From NCBI GenBank assembly GCA_965248355.1, contig OZ252098.1:3072001-3136000 (forward strand): a DNA stretch of 64,000 nt, given 5' to 3'. This document shows, piece by piece, positions 29,377 through 40,065 of this stretch. Both the position numbers and the translations under genes were made by a program. This DNA is from Candidatus Latescibacterota bacterium. Its GTDB lineage: Bacteria; Latescibacterota; UBA2968; UBA8231. Numbering within the stretch: position 1 is the first letter of the stretch; every line of letters begins with the position of its first letter. Below the pieces are notes generated by a model that saw only the letters and a list, made by a program, of their open reading frames with translations, did not search any database and was not told the origin of the DNA.

Positions 29377-30411
29377 TCACGAATCCTCCCCGCCGGTGAG
29401 CCACTCCAGATCCAGCCGGGCCAGCACCAGGCCCCGCTCCCCCTCGTAGAGACAGAGGATCACCCCGCCGGAGACCACCGCCAGATCTGAGTAGGCGGCG
29501 CTCCCTTCGGTGACCACCCGGTCCACCGGCCAGCTCCGGCACTCGTCGTAACTCAGGCGCAGGGTGAGACAGCGCCGCTCCCGCGGGTCGGAGGGATGGG
29601 CCACCAGGACGCGATTCACCCCGCCCGCGTCGTCCGCCCTCGACAGCCGCACCAGGCTGGCCTGGCAGGAGGGCTCCGGCTGCCCGGGGTCGTACTCGAC
29701 GTCGGTCCAGGTGTGGCCGCCGTCCCGGCTCCAGGCGAGGGCGCGCAAACACCGGCCGCCGCGGCTGCGGGCGTTCAGGTAGACGGCGCCGTCCGCCGTC
29801 TCCACGACGGCGCACTCGTCCGAGGCGTCCCGCGTCAGCATCTCGCCCCGTGTCCAGCTCTTCCCGTGGTCGTCGCTGTAGATGGCGTACGACGACTGGA
29901 CCTCTCCCCACGAGGGCCGGGGGCGCCAGCGCACGGGACCGGGGGACTCGTCGCACCAGGACGGCGCCAGCAGCCGGCCGCCGGCCAGCTGGATGCCGTG
30001 GCAGGGGCCCGTGCCGACGAAGGCCCAGGTGGGATCCTTGGTGGTGGCGGTGATCTCCCGCGGCTCGGACCAGCCGGCGCCGTCGTCGTCGCTGTACGTG
30101 CAGAACACGGCCTGGTTGTTCCTGCAGAACAGGAGCCACACCACGCCGGTCGTCTCGTCGACGATGGGGCAGGGGTTGCCGCAGGTCTGGCTGCCGTCGC
30201 TGACGGCGACGCGCGGCGGGTCCCAGGTGAGGCCGTTGTCGCGGCTGCGGCGCACCAGGATGTCGATCTCGTCGTGGTCGGCGCCGGTGTGGCGGCGGCC
30301 CTCGCAGAAGGCGAGGACGGTGCCGGCCGTGGTCGTGACCAGCGCCGGAATGCGGTAGACGAAGTAGCCGCCCGCCCGGTGGATCCACAGCTCGTCCTGA
30401 TGCAGGGGCAT
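29377..30411 (-). CDS. Sialidase (GH33-like)
   Basis: YRIP motif, five Asp-boxes (SRDNGLTW, SDDDGAGW, SDDHGKSW, SRDGGHTW, SYDECRSW), AYSDL. Confidence 0.9.
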   Translation of the reverse strand: MPLHQDELWIHRAGGYFVYRIPALVTTTAGTVLAFCEGRRHTGADHDEIDILVRRSRDNGLTWDPPRVAVSDGSQTCGNPCPIVDETTGVVWLLFCRNNQAVFCTYSDDDGAGWSEPREITATTKDPTWAFVGTGPCHGIQLAGGRLLAPSWCDESPGPVRWRPRPSWGEVQSSYAIYSDDHGKSWTRGEMLTRDASDECAVVETADGAVYLNARSRGGRCLRALAWSRDGGHTWTDVEYDPGQPEPSCQASLVRLSRADDAGGVNRVLVAHPSDPRERRCLTLRLSYDECRSWPVDRVVTEGSAAYSDLAVVSGGVILCLYEGERGLVLARLDLEWLTGGEDS

Positions 30412-30427
30412 GACAGAACTCCGACGG

Positions 30428-33337
30428 TCAGAATCCAACTACAAGACTGAAACGCGCATCTCCTTCGTCCAACCGGTAGGCGTAGCGCACGCCCATGTTC
30501 AGCGGGATCGGCAGGGACATGGGGTGGAAATCAGTCGTCGACTCGGCGCCGGTGGACTGGTAGGTCCTCGGAGGCCGGGAACCGCCCTCGCCGCGGCCGT
30601 AGTCGTAGAACAAGCGGACCTTGAGGCGCTTGAAGAACACCAGGGCCCCCAGGTTCCAGTCCGGGTAGAACAGGGGCAACGCGTAGTTGACCGTCCCCTG
30701 GTAGAAGCGGCGGTGAAAGCGGTAATCGTAGCCGCGGACAAAGGGCTGTTCGCTTGCGAAGCGGTAGGAAAGGGCATCGGCCGCGCCTGGATCCTGCCAC
30801 TCGTAGCCACCCTCCAACTGCAGGCTGTGATGGGCGGCCAAGCCGGGCAAGTACAGCCCCAGCCGCCCGGACAGCAGGGTGCCGTGGTAGTCGCCGGCAA
30901 AGGGGGTGTGGCGATAGCTCAGCTCCAGGCTCTGACCCCGGACCGGGGCCAGGTCGCGTGCCGCCGAGCGGCGGGACCGCTCGAAGGCGAGCCGGTAGGT
31001 AAGCGGCGCAAAGCGTCCGTTGTGGTTTCTTGTCAGGACATCTCTTGCTTCCCGGTTGACGCTGTCTGAATCGGGCCAGTAGAGGTCGCCGCCGGGCCGG
31101 TGGAGGTCGTCCCTGCCGGCGATATCGGTCCATTCCGCCTTTGCGCTCAAATGGAGGGAAGACCACCAGGGGCCTCGGGAGAGATTCAGGGGCAGTCCGA
31201 CGCCGGCACTCAGGCTCTTCTCACTCCACCTGTCCGTCTCTTCTCTCTCCTTGACCTCGAGGCTGTCACCTTCCATCTCTCGCGTCCTGATCACGTACTC
31301 TTCGGCCCGCTCGCCCCAGCGCCCGCCGACGCTGAGAACGGGGTACCACGCGGCCAGGCTGAGATCGCCCAGGGCGCTGAGGGCGCTCTCGTTGCTGTTG
31401 TATTCGATCCCGCCGGTCATGGTGCTGAGGTTGAGCAGATCACTTGACCCGAGACGGAGGGCATAGTTCGGCGGCAAGGGACTGAGAGACCAGCTATGGA
31501 CCTTGAGCAGATGGTTCAGCGGCCGGTATCCGCTCACCGGATAGACCCTCCGCGGGATGTCCGCCAGTACGGGGCCGCCCTGCTCCTGGTCGATCAGCGG
31601 TTCGTAGTAGGCCACCTGGCGGTCGGCGACCTGCTCGATCGGCGTCCAGGCCGCCGGCTCCAGAGGCATGGCCGCGATGCGGTAGCCGTCAACGGTGTAC
31701 TCCTGGAACAGGAGCGAATCGCCGGCCGCCGCCGCGTGGGTAGCCGCCAGCGGCCGCGAGGTGACCTGGTACTGCGCCCCGCTCGGCAGGTGCACGGCGT
31801 GGATGTTGTCGATGCCCCCATGGGGTGAGTCGAACAACACATACGAACCCCAGAATACCGGCCAGCCGATATCGTCCTGTGTGTGGGGCAACACGATCTG
31901 CCCTCGACCATCGGCCGCGTCGATGCGCTCCAGCGCGTTGCCGTCTTCGTCCTGGCGCACCACGGCGATGTGGCGCCCGTCCTCCGACCACGCCGGTGTG
32001 CGCCAGAAGACCCCGTCCGGGGCGGAGAAGCGGGCCTGCTCGGCCCCGCTGGCGGTCTCCAGCAGCACGAGGTGGCAGCGCCGGTCCGGTCCGAACTCGA
32101 TGGCGGCGACGCGCGCCCCATCGGGAGAAGGAGCCGGGGCGAACAACTTGGCCTTGTGGGTGAGCTGGCGCATTCGGCCGCTGTCGATGTCCAGCACCAT
32201 CACATCGGAGTAGTCGCGAAAGCCCCAGCGCCGGTCCGGGGTGGAGCGGTTCCAGGCAACCTTGCCGCCGGCCGCGCGGACGCCGCCGAGCGATTGGTAG
32301 AAGCGCAGGCGCTCCTCGCGGCCGTCGGGGTGCAGCCGCACCAGGGTCGCCGGGTCGGCCAGGCCGCTCTTGCTCGCCAGCACGCTGCCGTCGGCCAGCC
32401 GGTGCGGGTATCCGTAGTTGGTCCAGACGCCCGACCCGCTCTGCCCGGCGAGGACTCGCAGCGGCGTCGTGACAAGGCCCTCCTGCTGCGTCTGCCACAG
32501 CGTGGCCAGCTCGTCCATCGTCCGCTCGTAGGTCCGGGCGGCGCTGGCCCCGGTGTGCTGCCTGAGGGCGAAGCTGAAGGAGAAGGGGAGGGTGACGGGG
32601 AGGAACAGCCCCCACCTCGTGGTGCTGCCCAGGACCTTGTCCCACGTCTCGGCACCATGGTGTCGCTTGACGTAGGTGGTCAGGTAATACCCCAGCGGGT
32701 AGTGGCCGGGGTACCAATCGCGGTACGAGCGGTGGTGGGCCTTGTAGTAGGAGTAGCGCCGCCCCGCCAGGAGCAGGGAACGGATGTGGAGGCCGAACCG
32801 GGGCATGCGTCCGCGCCCGGTCTCGCTCAGCGCCGTCTCGACCCCTACCGCGTCCCCCTCCCAGAACCAGGGCGGCACCAGCAGACCGCTCATCAGGCCC
32901 TGGCCCTGTTGGCCCAGAAAGAGCCACCCCAGGCGTACGATACCCCGGCGCATGCGGTCGAACTGCACCACGTGGCGCATCTCGTGGACGGCCAGCAACT
33001 GGTACCACTCGCCGCTGAGCCGCCCCGCGTCCTGGGGCGGGGTGCTGAACCACACGCTGCGGCGCGGCGCCAGGGCGACGAAACCGTTGGTCTGAGCCGT
33101 CTGGTTGACCAGCACCACGTCCAGCGGCTCTCTCGGCCCCCGCAGCGTCCTGGAGACCGGGCCGTAGATGTGTTCCAGCGTGTTGGCTACCCGCTGGGCC
33201 TCGGCGGTGATCGCCGCGGGGAAGATGACCTTGAACCGCTCCGTCCGGATCTGCCGCCAGTCCAGGCCCGGCGGACTCTGCTGCGCGAACGACGGGCCGA
33301 GCATCAGCGCCGACAGTGCGGCGACCCATTTCAGCAT
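30428..33337 (-). CDS. Outer-membrane protein: gluzincin-like domain, TolB-like propeller and C-terminal beta-barrel
   Basis: ATG 33337 with AGGAG SD; signal peptide; HEMRH and WFWEGDA; PAPSPDG/PAWSEDG blades; terminal Phe. Confidence 0.78.
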   Translation of the reverse strand: MLKWVAALSALMLGPSFAQQSPPGLDWRQIRTERFKVIFPAAITAEAQRVANTLEHIYGPVSRTLRGPREPLDVVLVNQTAQTNGFVALAPRRSVWFSTPPQDAGRLSGEWYQLLAVHEMRHVVQFDRMRRGIVRLGWLFLGQQGQGLMSGLLVPPWFWEGDAVGVETALSETGRGRMPRFGLHIRSLLLAGRRYSYYKAHHRSYRDWYPGHYPLGYYLTTYVKRHHGAETWDKVLGSTTRWGLFLPVTLPFSFSFALRQHTGASAARTYERTMDELATLWQTQQEGLVTTPLRVLAGQSGSGVWTNYGYPHRLADGSVLASKSGLADPATLVRLHPDGREERLRFYQSLGGVRAAGGKVAWNRSTPDRRWGFRDYSDVMVLDIDSGRMRQLTHKAKLFAPAPSPDGARVAAIEFGPDRRCHLVLLETASGAEQARFSAPDGVFWRTPAWSEDGRHIAVVRQDEDGNALERIDAADGRGQIVLPHTQDDIGWPVFWGSYVLFDSPHGGIDNIHAVHLPSGAQYQVTSRPLAATHAAAAGDSLLFQEYTVDGYRIAAMPLEPAAWTPIEQVADRQVAYYEPLIDQEQGGPVLADIPRRVYPVSGYRPLNHLLKVHSWSLSPLPPNYALRLGSSDLLNLSTMTGGIEYNSNESALSALGDLSLAAWYPVLSVGGRWGERAEEYVIRTREMEGDSLEVKEREETDRWSEKSLSAGVGLPLNLSRGPWWSSLHLSAKAEWTDIAGRDDLHRPGGDLYWPDSDSVNREARDVLTRNHNGRFAPLTYRLAFERSRRSAARDLAPVRGQSLELSYRHTPFAGDYHGTLLSGRLGLYLPGLAAHHSLQLEGGYEWQDPGAADALSYRFASEQPFVRGYDYRFHRRFYQGTVNYALPLFYPDWNLGALVFFKRLKVRLFYDYGRGEGGSRPPRTYQSTGAESTTDFHPMSLPIPLNMGVRYAYRLDEGDARFSLVVGF

Positions 33338-33351
33338 TCCGACCGCTCCTT

Positions 33352-34140
33352 TCAGGCCGAGGCCCCGGAGTAACGCCGCAGACCCGCCCGCCAGAACAGG
33401 CGCGACAGGACCAGCAGCACAACGGCCATGGCCACGGTGCCCGCCAGCCACTCCCCCGGAAGGCGGCCCACCAGGGCCCCGGCGGGCACGGTGACGGCGA
33501 AGGCCACGGGCACGACGAAGGTGAGCACCATCCGCATCCACCCCGGGTAGATGGTCACCGGCCACCGGGCCGCCCGGTACAGGCTGCGGAAGACCATCAG
33601 GATGTTGCCGACACGGACGAACCAGAAGGAGACCGTCGACAGCATGAGCCAGAAGCTGTAGATGATGGCGGCCCCCGAGCACATGGTGAGGGCGAAGGCC
33701 GCCGCCTCGTGGAGGCCCGTCCGCCGCCCCAGGTAGACCAGGGCCCCGCCGATCACGGCGGCGCCGACGGCCACGTCCACCAGCCGCCAGACGCGCACCT
33801 GGCCGATGCTGACCAGCACCTGGGCCTCCACCGGCTTGGTGAGGGCGAAGTCCAGGGTGCCCTCGCGCACGTCCTCCACGAGGCGCTCCATGCTCGGCTG
33901 GACGACCAGGCCCACCAGGCCCGACATGAGAGTCCACACCCCCAGGAGGGCGATCAGCTCGGCCGCTTGCCAGCCGTTCAGCCGGTCCGTATGGCCGTAG
34001 ACGACGTACACGGCGAACAGGCCGGCGCCCAGGTCGATCCCCGTGCCCCCGAGCTGCAGCCAGAAGTGGGTGCGGTACTGCAGCTCGTTCATCGCCCCGA
34101 GGCGGAAGAACGTGGCCAGCAGGCGCAGGAGGGTGCCCAC
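33352..34140 (-). CDS. ABC-2 family permease
   Basis: QYR..FW, GTLDFALTKPV, ARWPVTIYP; multi-TM. Confidence 0.85.
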   Translation of the reverse strand: MGTLLRLLATFFRLGAMNELQYRTHFWLQLGGTGIDLGAGLFAVYVVYGHTDRLNGWQAAELIALLGVWTLMSGLVGLVVQPSMERLVEDVREGTLDFALTKPVEAQVLVSIGQVRVWRLVDVAVGAAVIGGALVYLGRRTGLHEAAAFALTMCSGAAIIYSFWLMLSTVSFWFVRVGNILMVFRSLYRAARWPVTIYPGWMRMVLTFVVPVAFAVTVPAGALVGRLPGEWLAGTVAMAVVLLVLSRLFWRAGLRRYSGASA

Positions 34141-34142
34141 CC

Positions 34143-34949
34143 TCAGGCCCCCACGGCGCCGTAGCGGGCCGAGGCCCGGCTCCATCCGAAGTGGAGGACG
34201 GCAACGCCGGCGGCCAGCCACAGCCCCTGGGCCAGGACCCCGTCCAGCGCCTGGTCCGGCGTCAGCCGGCCCAGGATCAGCTCCACCGGGAAGGCGAGCA
34301 TCCAGCGGAAGGGCGTGTACGAGGCCGCCGCCTCCACCCAGTCGGGCAGCAGGGCCAGGGGGGCGAGGCCGCCCATGAGCACCATGCCGAGTCCCCAGTA
34401 CAGGGCGGTCAGGCCCGAGGTGTCCGTGATCCAGAAGGCCAGCAGCCCCAGGGCCCACTCGAAGAGGAAGCGCAGCAGGAAGGCCAGGGCCAGGACCGGC
34501 ACGAAGGCCAGCGCCGCCCACAGGGGCGGGTCGAGGCGGGGCTCGAAGTACCAGGCCAGCAGCGCCACCGCGGGCGCCACCACGGCGAGGGTGAGCACCT
34601 TGTAGGCCGCGTTCTGCAGCACGTCCCGGTGCCAGGGGTGCAGGGGCTGCACGAGGATGGAGTTGTAGAACCCGGAACGCACCCGCCAGCCCATCTCGAA
34701 CATGTGCCAGGTGAAGGTGACGTGGTTGACGAACATGACGGCCAGGAAGTAGGCGGCCAGGGCGCCTGAGTCGAAGTCGCCCACGCGGCCCCCCTTCGAG
34801 GCGGCCACCGTGAGCCAGACGACGAGATGGATGAGGGGCTGCAGCATCAGGCCCAGGAGCCAGATGACCATGGCGGCGCGGTACTGGAACAGCTCCGCCA
34901 GCTCGAGGCTGAAGAGGGTCCGGTAGACCCCGGCCAGGCCGGCGATCAA
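34143..34949 (-). CDS. ABC-2 family permease
   Basis: FQYRA, VRSG...LVQP, GGLAPLALLP; TTG start overlaps the ATPase stop. Confidence 0.82.
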   Translation of the reverse strand: MIAGLAGVYRTLFSLELAELFQYRAAMVIWLLGLMLQPLIHLVVWLTVAASKGGRVGDFDSGALAAYFLAVMFVNHVTFTWHMFEMGWRVRSGFYNSILVQPLHPWHRDVLQNAAYKVLTLAVVAPAVALLAWYFEPRLDPPLWAALAFVPVLALAFLLRFLFEWALGLLAFWITDTSGLTALYWGLGMVLMGGLAPLALLPDWVEAAASYTPFRWMLAFPVELILGRLTPDQALDGVLAQGLWLAAGVAVLHFGWSRASARYGAVGA

Positions 34950-35938
34950 GGGCCCGGCCCCGGCGCGTCCGCCCGCTGGCGGAAGACCTGCTCGATCACC
35001 TCCTCGATGGGGGGCTCGGCCACCGTCAGGTCGGCCACGGGCAGCTCCGCCAGGAGCCGCGCCGTCACCTGGGCCGCCTCCGCCTTGGGCACGGAGAGCG
35101 TCGCCCGGCTGCCGTCGACGCGCACGGCGTCGCCGAAGGCCGCCAGGCCCGGGTGCTCGCGCTCCAGGTCGACGACGATCGTCTTGTGGGGCGAGAACCG
35201 GCGCACCAGCTCCGAGAGGGCGCCGTCGAAGAGCAGCCGCCCTTGGTGGATGACGACGACGCGCTCGCACAGGGCCTCCACGTCGGCCATGTAGTGGCTG
35301 GTGAGCAGCACCGTGGCCCCCGAGGCGCGGTTGTGCCCGGCCACGAAGGCGCGGATGCGGCGCTGCATGGTCACGTCGAGGCCGAGGGTGGGCTCGTCGA
35401 GAAAGAGGATCCGCGGCCGGTGCAGCAGGGCCACGGCGATCTCGCACTTCATGCGCTCGCCGAGCGACAGGTTGCGCACCGGCTTGCGCAGCAGCTCCCC
35501 CAGCTCGAGCAGCTCGGTGAGCTCGTCCACCGTCCGGCGGTAGTCGCCGGCGTCCAGCCGGTAGATGGCGCGGTTGCGCTCGAAGGAGTCGGCCACCGGC
35601 AGGTCCCACACCAGCTGGTTGCGGTGGCCCATGACCAGGGTGATCTGGCGCAGGAACTCGCGCTGCCGTCGGAAGGGCTCGAAGCCGAGGACCCGCGCCC
35701 GGCCCGAGGTCGGGTTCAGCAGGCCGGAGAGCATCTTCAGGGCCGTCGTCTTGCCGGCGCCGTTGGGCCCCAGGAAGCCGACGATCTCCCCCGGCTCGAC
35801 GGAGAAGGAGACCTCGCGCACCGCCTCGACCTCGCGGTGGCGCCGGCGCACCAGGCTGCGCGCCGCGTTCCACAGGCCGGGGTCGCGTTCGGGCACGCGA
35901 TAGGTCTTGGAGAGGGACTCGCAGGAGAGGGCCGGCAT
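34946..35938 (-). CDS. ABC ATP-binding protein
   Basis: GPNGAGKTT, LSLGERMK, LFLDEPT. Confidence 0.92.
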   Translation of the reverse strand: MPALSCESLSKTYRVPERDPGLWNAARSLVRRRHREVEAVREVSFSVEPGEIVGFLGPNGAGKTTALKMLSGLLNPTSGRARVLGFEPFRRQREFLRQITLVMGHRNQLVWDLPVADSFERNRAIYRLDAGDYRRTVDELTELLELGELLRKPVRNLSLGERMKCEIAVALLHRPRILFLDEPTLGLDVTMQRRIRAFVAGHNRASGATVLLTSHYMADVEALCERVVVIHQGRLLFDGALSELVRRFSPHKTIVVDLEREHPGLAAFGDAVRVDGSRATLSVPKAEAAQVTARLLAELPVADLTVAEPPIEEVIEQVFRQRADAPGPGP

Positions 35939-35970
35939 GCCGCTACCCTAGGCGGAGACCGGCGGGGCCG

Positions 35971-37554
35971 TCAATCGAGACCCAGGTCGGCGGCGATCAC
36001 CTGCCAGGCGTTGTACCCCGGCAGGCCGGTGATGTTGCCCGAGGGATGGCAGGAGGAGCCGCACAGGTAGAGGCCGTCCAGGTATCCCCGGTAGTGCCCG
36101 GCGCCGGGGAAAGGCCGGTCGTACCCGGTCTGGCCGTGGCCGAGGGAGCCCACCAGCAGGTCGCCGTCGCGCATGTTCGGCAGCCGCCGGGGAATCTCGT
36201 GGACGGGCCGGATCATGGACCCGCGCACCACGTCCGGCAGGTTCGGCGCGAAGCCGGACCAGGCCTCGAGCAGGCGGCGGCCGTGGGCCTCGGCCTCCGT
36301 CTCCCAGTTGGCGGCGCTGCCGCGCAGGCGGAAGGGCGCCTTCTGCCACATGAAGGCGGTGTGGGCGCCGTCCGGGGCCTGGGCGGGATCGAACCGGCTC
36401 GGGCAGGACCCCCAGGTCACCATCGGCGGCAGGCGGCCGTGCTCGTGGGCGGCGACCATGTCGTCGAAGTCGGCCACCGAGCGCAGGCCGAGGATGACCA
36501 TGAAGGCGTCGGCCAGCTCCGGCTGCGTCCGGGCGGCCGCGTAGGCCGGGGCCTCGTCGAGGTTGAGGTAGAGGCCGAAGAGGGGGGCCAGCAGGTTGTA
36601 GCGGAAGGCGGCGGCCCGGTCGCGCCAGGAGGCGGGCAGATGGGCGGGATCGATCAGGTCGAGGAAGGTCTGCTGCGGGTTGAGGCTGGAGGCGACGAAG
36701 TGGCGGGCGCCGATGCGCTCGCCGGCGGCGGTGGCGACGCCGGCGGCCTTCCCGGGGCCGCCCCCGGCGGCGGGCTCCACCAGGATCCGCGCCGGCTCGA
36801 CGCCGGTGCGCACCTCGCCGCCGGCCTCGGTGACCGCCCGCACCAGGGCCTCGGCCAGCCGGGCCGAGCCGCCGGCGCACATCTGCGCCTTGCCGCGGGA
36901 GGCGAGCAGCGCCGGGATGTGGTGGCCGAAGCCCCGGGCCCCCGGGTCGACCTCGCGCAGGCCGTTGAAGAACAGGAGCCCGGCCTGCACCACCGGGCTC
37001 TCGAACTCGCGCAGGACGAACTCCCGCGGCGAGAGGGCGCTCGTCTCCAGCAGCAGGCGGCCCTCGGCGGTGGCCTCCAGGCGGCGCCGGCGCTCCCGGG
37101 CCGGCCGGGGCGGCGCCTGCGCCTCGGGCTCCAGGATGCGGGTCACCACCGGCCGGAAGGCGTCGCGCCAGCGGCGCAGGTTGTCGGCGTCGCGGCGGCT
37201 GAAGCGGGCGAAGGACCCGGCGGTGCGCTCGAAGTCCGTCCACCAGGTGAGGGACCGCCCCTCGGGCAGCAGCAGGGCCACGTTCAGCTCGGGCTCCAGG
37301 TAGCGGGCGCCGTGGCGCTCCAGCTCGAGGCCGGCGTACCACGGCATCCGGGTGATGCCCCGGTGGTAGAAGGAGTGGGTGTTGTGCAGGAACCCGGAGC
37401 CCGCCGGCCACTCCTCGGTGCGCAGGCCGCCGCCGGCCACGGAGTCCCGCTCCAGGCTGATCACGTGCAGGCCGGCGCGGCAGAGGTGGGCCTGCAGGAT
37501 CAGGCCGTTGTGGCCGGCCCCGAGGATGATGCCGTCGTACGTGGCGTCCGCCAT
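35971..37554 (-). CDS. Phytoene-dehydrogenase-like FAD oxidoreductase
   Basis: GAGHNGL, GGG.RTEE, LYLCGSSCHPSG..TG.PGYNA. Confidence 0.88.
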   Translation of the reverse strand: MADATYDGIILGAGHNGLILQAHLCRAGLHVISLERDSVAGGGLRTEEWPAGSGFLHNTHSFYHRGITRMPWYAGLELERHGARYLEPELNVALLLPEGRSLTWWTDFERTAGSFARFSRRDADNLRRWRDAFRPVVTRILEPEAQAPPRPARERRRRLEATAEGRLLLETSALSPREFVLREFESPVVQAGLLFFNGLREVDPGARGFGHHIPALLASRGKAQMCAGGSARLAEALVRAVTEAGGEVRTGVEPARILVEPAAGGGPGKAAGVATAAGERIGARHFVASSLNPQQTFLDLIDPAHLPASWRDRAAAFRYNLLAPLFGLYLNLDEAPAYAAARTQPELADAFMVILGLRSVADFDDMVAAHEHGRLPPMVTWGSCPSRFDPAQAPDGAHTAFMWQKAPFRLRGSAANWETEAEAHGRRLLEAWSGFAPNLPDVVRGSMIRPVHEIPRRLPNMRDGDLLVGSLGHGQTGYDRPFPGAGHYRGYLDGLYLCGSSCHPSGNITGLPGYNAWQVIAADLGLD

Positions 37555-37566
37555 GCCCGGCAACCG

Positions 37567-38745
37567 CTATCCAGGCTCCTGGAGAACCGCGGCCATCTCC
37601 CGCAGGCCGATCGCCTCCACGTCCTCTGACAGCGGGTAGCGCTCGTCCCCCGAATAGACGATGAAGGACCGCTCCGGTCCGATATCCTCGCGGGCATGGT
37701 GGAAGCCGCGGCTCGGACGGGGGGTCAGGCCGAGCTTGATCTCGATGGCCCAGGGCTGGCGCCCGCCCGGCCGTTCGAGCACCAGATCGACCTCGGCTCC
37801 GGCCTGGGTGCGATAGAAGCTGGCCGCCGTTCCGGGCGGAGCCGCGGCCAGCAGGTTCTCGATCACGAACCCTTCCCAACTGGCGCCGGCCACGGGATGG
37901 CCGGCGAGGGCGTTGTGGTTCTCGAGGCCGAGCAGGGCGTGGACCAGACCGCTGTCCCGGACGTAGACCTTGGGGGACTTGACCAGCCGCTTGCGGATGT
38001 TGGCGTGGAAGGGCCGCAGGCGCCGCACCAGCAACAGGTCGACGAGCAGATCGATGTACCCGGTCACCGTCGGACTGCTCACCCCCAGGCTGGCTGCCAG
38101 CTTCGACGCGTTCAGGAGGGCACCCTGGCCGTGGGCCAGCATCGTCCACAATCGCTCCAGCGTCTCGGCCGGTATCCGCCGCTGCGTGAACTCGGAAACG
38201 TCGCGCTGCAGGTAGGTGAGGATGAAATCGCGGCGGAAAGCGAGGCTGTCGGTATCGCTGGCCGCGAGCAGGCTGTCGGGAAACCCGCCGCGCACCCAGA
38301 GCGCGGCCATCGGCGCCGCCGCCGCGGTGACGTCGAGCACGTCGAGCGGGTTGAGCGCTACGTACTCGATGCGTCCGGCCAGGCTCTCCCCCGACTGCCT
38401 GAGAAGGTCCACGGATGCCGATCCCAGGATCAGAAAGCGGCCCGTGCCCTTGCCCAGCCGCCGGCCCCGGTCGATGAGGCCGCGCAACTCCTGAAACAAC
38501 TCGGGCGCGCGGTGGATCTCGTCGAGAACGACGAGGCGATCCTCGTACTCGGCGAGGAACAGGGCCGGATCGGCGAGCTTGGCCTGGTCGGCGCCGGCTT
38601 CCAGGTCGAGGTAAAGGGCACCCGTCTGCTCGGCGATCGCGTGGGCGAGGGTCGTCTTGCCGACTTGACGCGGCCCGATCAGCGCAACCGCCGCCTGGCG
38701 CTTCAAGGCGGTCCTGGTCAATTGATTTGCTCGGCGAGGTACCAT
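37567..38745 (-). CDS. AAA_14 plus DUF4143 ATPase
   Basis: GPRQVGKTT, LDEIH, SGESLAGR, KRLVKSPKVY.RDSG, EVDLV..IEIK. Confidence 0.9.
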   Translation of the reverse strand: MVPRRANQLTRTALKRQAAVALIGPRQVGKTTLAHAIAEQTGALYLDLEAGADQAKLADPALFLAEYEDRLVVLDEIHRAPELFQELRGLIDRGRRLGKGTGRFLILGSASVDLLRQSGESLAGRIEYVALNPLDVLDVTAAAAPMAALWVRGGFPDSLLAASDTDSLAFRRDFILTYLQRDVSEFTQRRIPAETLERLWTMLAHGQGALLNASKLAASLGVSSPTVTGYIDLLVDLLLVRRLRPFHANIRKRLVKSPKVYVRDSGLVHALLGLENHNALAGHPVAGASWEGFVIENLLAAAPPGTAASFYRTQAGAEVDLVLERPGGRQPWAIEIKLGLTPRPSRGFHHAREDIGPERSFIVYSGDERYPLSEDVEAIGLREMAAVLQEPG

Positions 38746-38838
38746 TATCCTTGTAAATCTAAAGCGAGAGTTGCAAAAAGCAAGGATACGACAACAACGG
38801 CTTGCTCGACGCCGGTCCGTGGGCGACTCTATCGGGCC

Positions 38839-40065
38839 ATGAGCCGCTCCGTCGACGCCTCCTGGGCCCTCTACGACCGCGCCGCCGAGGTCATCCCCCT
38901 GGGGACGCAGACCCACAGCAAGGCGCCGCGGGAGGCGCTGCGCGGCGTCGAGCCCTGCTTCATCGCCCGCGGCTCCGGCTGCCGCGTCTGGGACGTGGAC
39001 GGCAACGAGTACATCGACTTCCGCTGCGGCCTCGGGCCCATCAGCCTCGGGTACGCCCACCCGGCCGTGGTCGAGGCCGTGCGGCGCCAGATCGGCGATG
39101 GCAGCGTCTTCAGCTATGCCCACCCCCTGGAGGTGGAGGTCGCCGAGCGCCTGGTGGAGGTCGTCCCCTGCGCCGAGAGCGTCCGCTTCCTCAAGACGGG
39201 GGGCGAGGCGATGGCCGCCGCCCACCGCCTGGCGCGGGCCTGCACCGGCCGCGACCTGATCCTCGCCTGCGGCTACCACGGCTGGATCAACTCCATGGGC
39301 CGGGCCGGGGTGCCCGCGGCCATGGGCGGCCTCTACCGCGACCTGCCCTGGGGGAACGCCCCCGCCTTCGAGGCCGCCTTCGACGAGCTCGGCGGGGATC
39401 GCGTCGCCGCCGTGAGCGTGGCCTGCGGGTACGCCGACATCGAGGCCGGCCGCGACTTCCTGCCGGCCCTGAGAGCGCTCACAGAGCGCCACGGCGCGCT
39501 CCTCATCTTCGACGAGATCGTCACCGGCTTCCGCCTGCGCCGCGCCGGAGCCCAGGAGTACTTCGGCGTCACCCCCGACCTGGCGGTCTTCGCCAAGGGC
39601 CTCTCCAACGGCGTGCCCCTCTCCTGCTACCTCGGCCGCCGGGAGCTGATGGAGAGCGTCGCCGACGTGGTCGTCTCCTCCACCTTCGGCGGCGACACCC
39701 TCGGCCTGGCGGCGGCGCTCGCCGTCCTCGACGTGTACGAGCAGCAGGACGTGATCGGCGTCCTGTGGGAGCGGGGCCGGCAGCTGCACGAAGGCCTGGA
39801 GGGGATCGCCGCCCGGCTGGGAGTGGCCGCCGGCTTCCGCGGCCTGCCGCCGGCCGGGCACCTCGACCTGCCGTCGCCGGAGGCGAGGCTGGCCTTCGAG
39901 GGGGAGTGCCTGCGCCGGGGCGTCATCCCCTACACCCTGTTCTACACCAGCTTCTCCCACGGCGTCGCCGACGTGGAGGAGGCGCTGGGCGCGGTGGAAG
40001 AGGCCCTTGCGGTCGTCAGGGACCGAGGGCTTCTCGCGACAGCGCCGGAGCACACCCTGCGATGA
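38839..40065 (+). CDS. Class III PLP aminotransferase (GSA-aminomutase-like)
   Basis: WDVDGNEYID, YHGW, LIFDEIVTGFR, PDLAVFAKG. Confidence 0.9.
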   Translation: MSRSVDASWALYDRAAEVIPLGTQTHSKAPREALRGVEPCFIARGSGCRVWDVDGNEYIDFRCGLGPISLGYAHPAVVEAVRRQIGDGSVFSYAHPLEVEVAERLVEVVPCAESVRFLKTGGEAMAAAHRLARACTGRDLILACGYHGWINSMGRAGVPAAMGGLYRDLPWGNAPAFEAAFDELGGDRVAAVSVACGYADIEAGRDFLPALRALTERHGALLIFDEIVTGFRLRRAGAQEYFGVTPDLAVFAKGLSNGVPLSCYLGRRELMESVADVVVSSTFGGDTLGLAAALAVLDVYEQQDVIGVLWERGRQLHEGLEGIAARLGVAAGFRGLPPAGHLDLPSPEARLAFEGECLRRGVIPYTLFYTSFSHGVADVEEALGAVEEALAVVRDRGLLATAPEHTLR

